NCBI GenBank assembly: GCA_026026165.1
Contig: JAPEUD010000064.1
Coordinates: 124,001 to 147,628 of the forward strand
Direction of reading: 5' to 3'
Source: Sarea resinae
Lineage: Eukaryota
Length of the DNA: 23,628 nucleotides
The position numbers and the translations under genes were made by a program. Of this stretch, positions 9,897-20,365 are shown piece after piece. Numbering within the stretch: the stretch's first letter is position 1; the number at the start of each line of letters is the position of its first letter. The notes beneath the pieces are model-generated. The model did no database searches. It worked only from the letters and a program-made list of their open reading frames with translations, and was not told the origin of the DNA.

Positions 9897-11831
9897 ATGT
9901 TGCTCTCAATCGTTGCACTCTTCGCCCTCTGCAATGCCCTCGCATCTGCACAACAGGTGTCGCGATATGACTACATCGTCGTAGGCGCGGGGACCAGTGG
10001 TCTCGTGGTCGCAGAGCGATTGTCCGAAAACTCTGCTATCACTGTCGCAATCATCGAGCCGGGCGAGTCGGTGCTGAACAACACCAATGTCACTTCGCCA
10101 ACAGGGTACGGCCTCGCGTTCGGGACCGCGATCGACTGGCAATATGAGAGCGTCCCGCAAGTGTATGCGGGAAACAAGCCGCAGGTTCTCCGAGCTGGCA
10201 AAGCCGTAGGCGGCACAAGCACCATCAATGGTTTGCAGATCGATCTGAACTGATGAAAACGACTGATTTGGTTGGTGGGCTGCCTTAGGGTTGAACTATG
10301 TGCGTGCGCAAGACGTGCAGATCGACGCGTGGGAACAGCTCGGCAACGACGGCTGGAATTGGGCCTCGCTGCTCCCGTACTATAAGAAGAGCGAGTATTT
10401 CCAGATCCCGGATGCCGCCCAGCGAGCGGACGGGGCTAACTACGACCCTTCGTACCATGGGTACAGCGGCCCGCAGAAGGTCGGCTGGACGAACGAGATG
10501 ATGAGCGGCACCTGGGCTGCAGAAGTCAATGCCTCCTTTGCCAATCTGGGCCTGCCTTACAACCCCGATGAAAACAGTGGGCAAACTCGTGGCTTCACCG
10601 TGCGTCCATACATGGTCGACCAGGCCGAAGATGTCCGAGCCGACACAGCGCGTGCATTCTACTGGCCAAACGCTAACAGGCCGAATCTGAGTTTATTTAC
10701 TGGAACGACAGCCGAGAAGATCATCTGGGCCAATACGACTAACACGACTGCGGGATCAAAGCCAACAGCTGCAGGAATCGAAGTGGTCTCCGCCGGAGGC
10801 CAGAGGAGAACCATCTATGCCAACAAGGAAGTCATCCTATCCGCAGGTGCTCTTAGATCTCCCCTGATCCTCGAATATTCAGGGGTGGGCAATCCAGCGT
10901 AAGGATCATCCACTGCGCACCTCTATCCTCACTGACGCTGCGACTAGAATTCTTCAGAAATATGGTATCAAGGTCGTAGTCTCACTGCCTACAGTGGGAG
11001 AGAACTTGCAGGATGAACCGTCATCGACCATGAGCTTTTCAGCTAACGCATCGTTCAATGGCTCAGGCCCATACGGCGGCTACGCGGACGTCTCCGACGT
11101 CTTTGGCAACTCAACAGCTCAACTGAACGCGACCGTTGCTAGCTCCCTAAATGACTATGCCAAGAAAGTCTCACAGCAGAGTAATGGAACCGTCACCACG
11201 GCAGTGCTTGAGAAGCTCTTCGGGATCCAATACGATCTGATCTTCAAGGAGGCGGTGCCGATCACCGAGCTAATTGTCAGCTTATACGGAAGCACGATCC
11301 TGATGTCCTACTGGGGGATGCTGCCCTTTGCTCGCGGCAACATCCACATCACGTCCGGGAACGCGAGCGAGTTGGGCGCCATCAACCCGAACTACTTCAT
11401 GCTAGACTACGACGTCCAGCAGCACGTGGGCAGCGCGAGACTCGCTCGGAAGGTCCCTAACACTGCGCCTCTCAGCTCCGTCATGATCAAGGAGACTTAC
11501 CCGGGTCTTAGCCGCGTCCCTGCTAATGCTAGTGATGATGTCTGGTTCGACTTTATCAAGCAAACCTGTAAGGCATCTCGAACATCTATAATCGTCAAAA
11601 GCTTACTCTGCAACCGACATAGACCGCTCGAACTTTCATGCCGTCGGTACAGCAGCCATGATGTCCCAAGATCTCGGCGGCGTCGTCGACAGCAATCTCC
11701 TAGTCTACGGCACCAGCAACGTCCGCGTCGTCGATGCCTCGGTCGTTCCCTTCCAGGTCTGCGGTCATTCCGTCAGCACCCTGTACGCCGTTGCAGAAAA
11801 GGCCGCCGATGCCATCAAAGCCGCTCAGTAG
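9897..11831 (+). CDS. Secreted GMC oxidoreductase, CAZy AA3_2, FAD-dependent glucose dehydrogenase type, about 590 aa, 4 exons (9897-10230, 10289-10898, 10948-11567, 11623-11831)
   Basis: Signal peptide, YDYIVVGAGTSGLVVAERLSE, GKAVGGTSTING, EVILSAGALRSPLILEYSGVG and VGENLQD. The last exon (not in the ORF track) encodes YRSNFHAVGTAAMM...VVDASVVPFQVCGHSVSTLYAVAEKAAD, the His/His catalytic pair typical of glucose dehydrogenases/oxidases. Introns of 58, 49 and 55 nt. Confidence 0.92.
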
Positions 11832-12517
11832 ATCGAGATGTTCTCATCCGGCGTTCTCTATCCCAGAGATGTTCTAGTACATTATCGGCCCCGACCGCCA
11901 GGCCTCAAATCGCGCGGAGTACAGTATAATCTTCTATATATATTCCGACCGAAACAGAAGTCGGCTTTTACAGTTAATATAGTAGTAGTATTACAGCTTC
12001 CATGATATATTAACTATACATAAATATTTATGTGCTTTTTACTACTCTTACAGTGAGAAAAACCCCTCGCTACCTTCTCAGAGATATCGTAAGCCTGAAT
12101 CAATCCAAAGAAGGCCGACGTAACGAGTGGTTATACTAAGTCTTATCGGAGAATTCATAACTGACTGATAGAGCTGTATGTGAAATCCTCAGTAATGATG
12201 GTGTCTGAGTAGGGCCTACTTGCATTGTGCATATGTGGTACAACACTATAATTTCAGCGGTGTATTCATAAAGTGTGATGTTGACGGTTTAGATTTGACC
12301 TACAATTGTGTTCTATATACATGGACGCCGTGCTATTCGACCTATACATGTAGGCACCGGCGAACGGCATACATGATGATAAGGTATGGCTACTTACACA
12401 GACAACACCTTACCTCGTGTCCCTGGCTGGCAATTTGATCTGATTTCGCATAAGTCGTCACGATAGACGTTGCCACGACTCTTCTCTCTTACTATCCATC
12501 CTTTTACAGCTGTCCAA

Positions 12518-13903
12518 TCACCCGATACACTTCCCATACTTCATGAACTCCTTATCCACCCTCAGCCTCTCCATGTCTTCATCTCTCAAACAAATCGCAA
12601 CTGCAATCTCACCGTCGAGCGCCCTGGGCATGAGATAGATCAAACTCTCAACCGGCACGAACTGCGGTCTTCGCACGGCCTCGGGTCGGCTTAACCCAAG
12701 GTTGAAATCGAGTTCGTAACTATTCAGCTTCGCCCACGAACTCAACATGATGTCTGCCGATAGGTCCAGCGTCGCCGTGACAGAGACGATACTCTTGTCG
12801 GACGCGCGCTCAAGAACGGTCGCGAGCGCGCGGGTGTTGTACCCTAGAGTCGACGCTACGGGGTCTACAGCCAGACGAAGCTCTGATGCGACGACGCCCA
12901 ACGGCTCCTCGACCAGCTGCTGAATCTCGTACGTGTGGTATGTCATATTCTGTACGAGTCCTGGGTAGGTCGGTGGGATGTTCAGATGGCGCCGTACGTC
13001 GACAGCGCGGGCCAATATCGACTCTGCCGCGGGGCGTAAGCGGGGCTGACGGGCACGGATGACGGATCGCCAGATAAAGGCGCTAAGGGCGTCGTCGGTG
13101 GAGACGTAGCCCAAGGGGGGAGCAATGGTTTCCGCGGCGAGAAATTTTAGAGCGGCGAGGGAGGCAGAGTCGAAGCTGAAGTAGGTCCAGATGCTTTTCG
13201 CGCTATCGCTATCGCTAGAGATGGGATCAGATACAGCGGGTTTCACAATCTGATGAGTGAGCTCGGCGCCTTGTTTGTAGGAGTCGTCGAGTAAGGGGAT
13301 GAGATTGCGGCGGGCAAGATTGCCGGATTAGAATTCTTCGCTTGTGAATTGCTCATTGCGACACGCTTTTGATAGCAGATAGATGATCTGCCCTTGGCCA
13401 GTCATGTCCATTGCGTTGTGCTGCCCGACGGCGGTCAATAGGAGGCCGCCCGTGATGAAATTGGCTTGAAGTAGGAACACTGGGTCGGAGTCTGATGCGC
13501 TCTCGTTGGGCCTTCCTGGGAGGGTATTGCGAGATGCGATGATAGATTCATCCAGCATGCTGAAGGGGAAGTTGGCCCCTCGAAGGGCGTCCATTGTCGG
13601 TACCGCAGCATCATGTCTGAGATCTTTGACGACCAGACGAGGAATGCTCTCCAATGGCGCGATCTTGAAGATGCCCGAATTGCCTTCGGCAGAATCTTCA
13701 TTGACGACCTGGCCCGCTAGCCAGGGAAAGCTCGCGGTCAGCCGTTCGAGACCCTTTGTTAGCACGTCAATGATTTTCCGATCTAAGGATACATCGACCA
13801 CCGAAAAGCAAAGGCATATCTGAGTATATATCTTCAGCGATGGCTGCTGTCCAAAAGTATCAAGGTAGTCGTCCCCGTCTTTTCGTAGCGGCGATTCATG
13901 CAT
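12518..13903 (-). pseudogene. TRI101-like: Trichothecene 3-O-acetyltransferase (TRI101/TRI201/AYT1 family) homolog with one in-frame TAA at 13330-13328
   Basis: LDTFGQQP..IYTQICLCF, SFPWLAGQVV, catalytic QHNAMDMTGQ (HxxxD), VSTDDALSAFIW, RAVDVRR, LSSWAK and DFNLGLSRPEAVRRP. ORFs 13328-13912 and 12518-13246 share a frame, joined by SEEF*SGNLARRNLIPLLDD. Likely start ATG 13903 (alternative 13912); 461 codons if repaired. Confidence 0.88.
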
Positions 13904-14989
13904 GGTAAGCATTCAAAGGCGATATCTAGAGCGGTCGACGTGCTTTTCAGAATCAACTTCACTTTGCCTCTATCTGGTGAAGTATCGGCTATCGCTTTCA
14001 ATCGATCTACGTTGCTGGACGGGTGAAATCGAAGTAGATCTATATAACTAGCAATTAGCCGATCATGACCTCTAATAATTCCCTCAGGTCCACGGTTTCT
14101 CTTCCCCTCGATAGATAGGGAGAGGTGAAATTGTCTGTGTGTATTGTACGGCGGAAGGTGGAACATTTCCGTGCAACTTTGTGATTTACAGAAGTTCAGA
14201 AGTGTGATCGGCACTGATTGTCGTCGGAAAGACGAATGAAGAGCAAGTCCTCAAGGGGCGCTACCCTTTTGGCTCGATTTCCGACATTTAGGATAGACTC
14301 ATATTAGGTACAGAGTTCATAATAGTCAAGGTATCTGCACATCAACCTACAGTCTCTGAAGGTATCCCGTACAGGTATACTGTACTCTACGATAAAGTAT
14401 CTTGACACGGTTTAGGTTCCTAGGACACCGGCTCAACGACTCACTGGATCGGCCTCAGCCTCAGATTCACTGCGACAATCGGAATTCAAACACCCTATGA
14501 TTCTCTGATTTTGAATTAACTAATGCCCTATCTATGCTTGTCGGCTGTCAACAACCTTGCTACTCTAAACCGCCTAAGGTATACTTTGTCCATGAATTGT
14601 ATCAAATTGAACTAGAGCATCACTTTCGCCAAGCATGTCGCCGACGGTCTCGTCTGTGACAGCACTGGTATGAGGCGATATAGTCAGCGGAAAATCAGAA
14701 GAATGGGAGTGCAACTTCTTCTAATGCGAGTTCCCGCAGAATTGATCGCAGAATACACGACGCTTTCTACTGGCTGCCTAACATGCTAGGAACAAAGACA
14801 AGAGTGGAGTAGAAACAACTCGTCTCATGCAAATCGTATCAGCGTTCGCGTCCAAAATTGCCGTTTGTTGCTACCTTACTCGAGATAGTTAATGAACACA
14901 TTTGACATGAATTCCTTGGTTGTGATCTTGTGAAATGAAAGCTTTGGTGAATCTCAGTACGGATTAGAAGTTCTCGCGGTCAGTCGAGG

Positions 14990-15295
14990 TTGCCCAACTA
15001 CAATAACTCTATGACCAGGCATTATATAGAGATAATTATAAGACAGTTCCTACTTGAAATTAACCGATTTAGACTTCTATTCAATTCTTACACAATTATC
15101 TGTTGTCTAGAAGAATATACAATCTAAAATAAGCTAGATTTAGTTTATTAGCAAATAGAATAGGTTATTTGATCTTTTCTCAAGGCGTCTCTTCTTCTCT
15201 AGAGTCCTACCTTATTTAATATACCCTTAATCTAACGACCTTTCTGTGTTTATCCCTCTTCTTGTTTACCTACCGCCCTAGGAGAGATATGTTCT
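14990..15295. other. AT/TpA-rich RIP-like patch
   Basis: Low GC, dense TAG/CTA/TTA. Adjoins the PNP-domain relic. Confidence 0.55.
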
Positions 15296-15299
15296 AAGA

Positions 15300-15562
15300 T
15301 TGTCCTCTAAACTTGTACTAAAGCACGCCGCCTTTCCCACCATAAGGGACACTAACCGCGATATCCATGGATCACCCCAACGATCTTGACTAGGTGCGCC
15401 ACCACCAGTACCGAACATCAGGCCAACTCGGGCATATAGAGAGCTACGAAGCATCCCTCTAGCAGTCACTGCCACGGCACTGATACTGTAGTCTCCACAG
15501 GGTCAGCTAGCGATCACCACATTTTGTTTTACTACCTTGCCTGTTGTATAGATGTTGTTATC
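15300..15562 (-). pseudogene. Relic of a purine/uridine phosphorylase (PNP_UDP_1) domain of the kind found at the N-terminus of fungal NLR-like proteins
   Basis: Minus strand reads DNNIYTTGKVVKQNVVIAS*PCGDYSISAVAVTARGMLRSSLYARVGLMFGTGGGAPS, then after a frameshift DIAVSVPYGGKGGVL*YKF. This follows the family pattern DxNxYTLG..HNVVIA.LP.G.YG..SAA.VA.DML.SF..IR.GLMVGIGGGAPS..DI.LGD.VVS.P..GGV.QYDF. Confidence 0.8.
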
Positions 15563-16039
15563 GGTTGTGCCAACTCGATATTAATGTGTTCAGAATAGGA
15601 GGGTTAGTGCTCTATGCTGCCGCCTCAATCAGCTCCAAGCTTCCCGTCAACTAGGGTACACCGGCAAGTACTGGCAAGAAATATCCGAGCGGAAGCATTA
15701 GGACGCTACGACCATAAGCCACAGCAATGCTGTCCGGTTAAGAGGATATAGATTATCTGCAAGAAAAGAGCTATAGTGGGTGGATATTGCAACAGCAGCG
15801 TATGATGCCACATCTGGTCAGAAGATCAGGATTCAATCTCCGAACACGTTCAGACTCCGGTCAACACTGCGAGGCCTTGTCTCTTTGAGGTGCGTGGCTT
15901 GCCTTCTGAATGAATGTACTAAACTACCAACTTCCCAATTTATACTGAAATCCTGTAGCAATGCCACCTCTCTCCCATCTTCGGCGTAGCATTTACGACA
16001 CCACCGGCGTTGCGACTTGCCTCCTTCCACGTTCCATCA

Positions 16040-16669
16040 CTACACGTGCAGACCATCTTCTTCAAACTGTTTGGCCCCTTCCGTGGCAGGTTTCCAAGCG
16101 ACACGGTCCTTGGTGAATTGCTCCATTGTCGGTCTCAGCTTTGTCTCGTGCAGGGAGAAATCATCCACGCTCCCGACGCGCAATATGCTCATGCCCGGAA
16201 AGGCAGCGCCGACACGATACATTAGCGAGCCACACGTCGAACAGAAAAAGTTGGTCATGGTGTTTTCCTGGCCGGGGACTTTTACGAAGACGGTGTGCGA
16301 TTGACTGAAAGTCTTCAGGTTTTCGCGGCCACGCAGGTGCTTCAAGTGTGTGTCGTAGACGGTAAAGTTGGTCGCGTGCATGGACGCGGTAAGTTTGTGG
16401 CAGTCGGCGCAATTGCAGACGAAGGAGCCGGCGAAACCAGGGCCATGGGTTGGCTGGCAAGGCAGAGGTGATGTTAGAGCAGAGTAGAGCAGATACACGG
16501 GCCGGAGATAAACGTCAGCACTTACGAATGACAGTTGCACTGCGCCACAGAAGCAAGTGGCTGTCGCTTCATCTTCGTTGGACCAGCCATCATGGGCCAA
16601 GCCAGCGAGAGGGAAGTAGGGCTCTGTCTTGTTGACGGCAGCATTGGTGGAGGTAGTGGTAGAAGCCAT
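16040..16669 (-). CDS. GFA (glutathione-dependent formaldehyde-activating)/CENP-V/Mss4-like zinc-binding protein, about 185 aa after splicing (exons 16669-16526, 16453-16040)
   Basis: Cys pattern TCFCGAVQ...CNCADCHK...FCSTCGS, and C-terminal LRPTMEQFTKDRVAW. A 72-nt in-frame intron 16525-16454 (GTAAGT..CTAAC..CAG). Confidence 0.88.
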   Translation of the reverse strand: MASTTTSTNAAVNKTEPYFPLAGLAHDGWSNEDEATATCFCGAVQLSFVSADVYLRPVYLLYSALTSPLPCQPTHGPGFAGSFVCNCADCHKLTASMHATNFTVYDTHLKHLRGRENLKTFSQSHTVFVKVPGQENTMTNFFCSTCGSLMYRVGAAFPGMSILRVGSVDDFSLHETKLRPTMEQFTKDRVAWKPATEGAKQFEEDGLHV

Positions 16670-17227
16670 GATTGGGCACGGTAAGGGACTCTGTCACGGG
16701 CGTCCAAGTATTGATCTGATATTTGAATCTGTCAACAGAATTAAGTCTCCGTGGCTGGTCAGGTAATGAGAAGGTGGTGCACGACCCAGACGACACAAAG
16801 CTATCTGAACGTCTACTCTTTGATGTGACGAATCTTGCTTTATATGTACATTGATGGACGCTTACAAACTGAACAGCCAAAGTGGACATTGTTGACAAGC
16901 ATATCCGCTGACATTTATCGTCTGAGACAATCACCCCGCTCTCGCCGGAAGAGATGTGGCTAATTAGATCAGAGTCAACCGGACAAATGTGGAGGTGGTA
17001 GAGTGGCGATGATCGGGGGATGCCTCATTTGGAAGTATCAACAGGCTTCGCTTCGCATGGTATCGCTTAGGCCGTGAGGAAATCCTTAGTGCTTACTTGC
17101 TTACATCCACGGACGGCGTCGCACTCAATATGTCGTTTTGCTGTTTGCTGCCTGTCCGACCCTCTCGTTGTTTCTGTCGGTGATCTCGTTCTGTGATGTC
17201 TTCAATATGGCCCCTTAGGGTTACAAG

Positions 17228-19030
17228 ATGTCTTTCTGGACCAGATTGTTGCAGAGACACACATCGGCCATGACCTCGCCGGAGCGCGACTCGGTCGCAT
17301 TACCGATGCTCTCTGCCCCATCGCGAGGCAGTCCAGAGCTAGCGAGTGACACGACTCATCTTGGAAAGCCAAGTCAAAAGGCAAGCTTTGACAAGCTCGA
17401 TTTCGGCGTCGTCCTGAGCTCGTTCGCATGCCTGATTGCTGGTATATGCGCCATCACTCCGCACTTGACGGTATCATGGCGGCTTGGTTATACCGATCAA
17501 CTCGTTCTCATTGGCTTTCTGCTCAGCGTCATGAATCTCTTGCTCAAGAAGCTTACGCCGACGTTATTGCTGTCGATAGAAGCCCGATGGGGAAACTCGA
17601 CTTTGCAGAATTATGATGCGATTTTGAGAAACGCGCTCTTCGAGACCCATACGGCGCTCGTCTGGAGACTCACGATTCTGTTATTTGTCCTGCTACCTCT
17701 GGGTCTGAGCGTGGGTTATAAGAGATTTACTGGGGGCATAAGCAGCGCCAACATCACGAATCGATTCTCGGGCAGATACGGACTTACTGCACCGCCGGGC
17801 GGAAGCAATAGTGCAATGAACAATTCCATCTACTATGCGATCGATGCGAACGCCGCGTTCTCAATAGCATCGTCAGACGAGTCAGCACTACCAATGAGCA
17901 TACCAGGGACCTTCGGCTACAACACATTCGTACCGGACAGTGGAACAGCCGCTCTGCTCGACATGCCGTTGCCGGATTATACATCTTCCATACAAGGTAG
18001 CCTCGCTGGAAGCGACTACTGGACAATCTCAGCTTCTGTCAATGCCACTGTTGCTCGATACAACGAGTCCACATCGACCTTGATAAGTGATTATGGATTT
18101 TGGAATGCTTCGATAGACGACAGCTGGAACCATGGATTTGGTGGTGTCTCCACATTATACAATTGGGACAGTCCCGCTGGTGTATCACTTGGCTGGCTTG
18201 GCGGTCTTCCCGATCCATATGACGGATCGTACCTCTTCACGGGCGACTATCCTTGGACTACCAACCCGTACTTTTGGTTTGGTACATCAGAAACTGGCAC
18301 TGAAGACTGGGCCGCCAGTTTCAGGAAGAAAGCTTTGATGTTCAACGTTAGGCGGGAGCAGTGCGTGGGAACGTGGCAGATCAATCGTACCGATATATTG
18401 CTGTCGGATGCTTCTTGCACCGGTATTCTCTCGAGCCAGACACCTTTCACATCATACAATATGACTCCCTTCCCACTCGACGCCATGCCAGTCCTCATCC
18501 ATGCTCTGTCACCCTACTTCGAGGGTCGGAATGGGTCATTATGGCGTCTCCCTGCCTATACGACAAGCGTTGCGACCGCTTACTGGGCGCGCTATCTGCA
18601 CATGGTGCCTGGCAGTTCTCAGGAAGGGCTTTGGGATTCCGAGCTCAATTACCCTGCAACGAACGAACGCATCGTGTCGACCATCTCAACCCTAAGAGAT
18701 GACTGGCTTCTGTATGGGATATTGGCCGTCCAGCCGGTTCTTGCTCTGGTAATTTTCATGTGGTCTGCAGCGCTTTATAGTACGCCACTTGGCAAAGGTT
18801 TTGGTATGGTGGCCATCATGTCTGGCGTGCAGCGGAATAGTCTGGACTTACTCTCTGGGGCGGCATTTTCTGGTGAACTTGAGAAACCGGTCAAGCTTAC
18901 CATCTCTGTCGAGGACGATAGCAATGAGCAGGGAGGAGATCAGAAGTCCTCAATGAAAAGAATTCAGTACGAGATAGGCGGCATATTATCTAGCAAAAAA
19001 GGATTGCGGAAGAGAACACTATATTCCTAG
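17228..19030 (+). CDS. Uncharacterised fungal integral membrane glycoprotein, 600 aa, intronless
   Basis: Long open frame with three N-terminal hydrophobic helices (FGVVLSSFACLIAGICAI, LVLIGFLLSVMNLLL, LTILLFVLLPLGLSVGY). A roughly 330-aa S/T/G/aromatic-rich region carries N-x-S/T sequons, then a C-terminal TM (LLYGILAVQPVLALVIFMWSAALY) and a basic tail. Confidence 0.8.
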   Translation: MSFWTRLLQRHTSAMTSPERDSVALPMLSAPSRGSPELASDTTHLGKPSQKASFDKLDFGVVLSSFACLIAGICAITPHLTVSWRLGYTDQLVLIGFLLSVMNLLLKKLTPTLLLSIEARWGNSTLQNYDAILRNALFETHTALVWRLTILLFVLLPLGLSVGYKRFTGGISSANITNRFSGRYGLTAPPGGSNSAMNNSIYYAIDANAAFSIASSDESALPMSIPGTFGYNTFVPDSGTAALLDMPLPDYTSSIQGSLAGSDYWTISASVNATVARYNESTSTLISDYGFWNASIDDSWNHGFGGVSTLYNWDSPAGVSLGWLGGLPDPYDGSYLFTGDYPWTTNPYFWFGTSETGTEDWAASFRKKALMFNVRREQCVGTWQINRTDILLSDASCTGILSSQTPFTSYNMTPFPLDAMPVLIHALSPYFEGRNGSLWRLPAYTTSVATAYWARYLHMVPGSSQEGLWDSELNYPATNERIVSTISTLRDDWLLYGILAVQPVLALVIFMWSAALYSTPLGKGFGMVAIMSGVQRNSLDLLSGAAFSGELEKPVKLTISVEDDSNEQGGDQKSSMKRIQYEIGGILSSKKGLRKRTLYS

Positions 19031-19237
19031 GTCTCACATCTCTAATTGTAGCGTAGCTCTAGAGTCGTTGGCTGTATTTGTTGCTATACCATCTAGAGAG
19101 ATAGAGTATGATCTTGCTCGGTACCCCTTGTATATTTTGTTAGTGGTACTTACTCTAAATTTAGTACTTTATATAAAGAAAATAGACAGCTAGATCTAGT
19201 GACTCTAATAGTAAAGTATACTACTAAACTACAACCA

Positions 19238-19880
19238 CTATGATAAGTATAGATTATACCCAGGGCCCTGGGACCAAGATTGGATTGAGGAAATCGCCCC
19301 GACTTCCTCTAGAATGCTGCTGTCGCCGGGAAGCAGTTCATTCATAGCCGACGCCAGCTCCGTCGTGTTCAAATCCAATCCGCCAGGAGCAAAAATGGAG
19401 CCCAGCAGGAACTTGAGACAAGCATAGAATTTCCAGATCTTCTCGACCTCCACCATATCCGTGTTAAACAATGCTTGCAGCTCTACGCTAGTATTCCCTG
19501 GGTGGACGTTGAAGGTGAGATGGAACGGCCACATCCCAAGCCCGATTTTCTCGGCTCTTAACCTCTGCCGCTGCAGTGATTCCTTGGCAGGCTCCTCGAA
19601 CCCATCTCCCTCATTGATCAGGACCCAGTAAGCTGAAGTCTCCATTTGTGACATAAGTTGCTCGTCGAGATTGACAGCATGCTGAAAAGCCATAGCCTCT
19701 AGATGGGCGCGATGGGCATCGCCGACGAGACTAATACCGGTTCAACAGTATTTCTGCCGTCGCTCGTTCCCCGTAGAGATGATATCGAAATCGTCCACGT
19801 TAGTCTCGCGCCTTCATGTGCGGCATTTGCCCATCGATTGGGAAGGGTACTCGCGCCAATGTCAAGCTGAGCGAAACTGG
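19238..19880 (-). pseudogene. Probable remnant of the C-terminal part of an NRPS condensation domain
   Basis: ORF 19238-19693 extends upstream in frame as SLVGDAHRAHLEAMAFQH until TGA at 19744-19742, and continues WPFHLTFNV...VELQALFNTDMVEVEKIWKFYACLKFLL, resembling condensation-domain ends. Upstream in another frame is VSLSLTLARVPFPIDG. No HHxxxDG, A or T domain is visible. Confidence 0.5.
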
Positions 19881-20365
19881 TCGTCTTAGGTACAAACAAT
19901 TCCGTCTCGATCCAGAGCTGACGTTTGAGAAATCAAGTCAAGGCACAGGTGCAGCGCGTCCCCAATCGGTCTTCGTTACAGGTGGAAACAGCGTTTCTCG
20001 GCGCCTTCATCGTCTATCGACTGTCGAGCTGGGAATTTGTATCATAGGTTGCGACACTATAGATCTTAAAACGATCAAGCTACAGTAGATATCTATGTTG
20101 ATTGAGTTTGACGCTAAGGTCCTAAAGTCCTGACCTTGGCAATCCGAGCCTACTATATGGGAATCACCACTATGCTTGCTGTGATACTATTAGCCACCCT
20201 TGTTACAATTGCTATTTCCCGCCTTTATCTTGTTTAAGTAGTCTGTATTCTGCGTTCGTTCACCCTCGCCTCTTATGTTGAGGACTGAGTAGGTAGTATG
20301 ATGAAGAAACGCAGGAAAGTTAATGCGAAAATCAATCAAATTGTACGTACTATGAGTAGATACAT

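Noticed and set aside
11568..11929. Arg-rich C-terminal tail of ORF 10994-11929
   Set aside because: Artefact of reading through intron 11568-11622; the spliced frame gives the canonical GMC C-terminus ending at 11831.
13280..13380. Possible intron removing the TRI101-like stop codon (CTAAT overlaps the stop)
   Set aside because: No good donor or nearby AG acceptor, and the residues either side of the stop look like continuous family sequence.
17214..17223. Internal TTAGGGTTA (similar word at about 10285-10292)
   Set aside because: Single-unit matches expected by chance; not interstitial telomere arrays.
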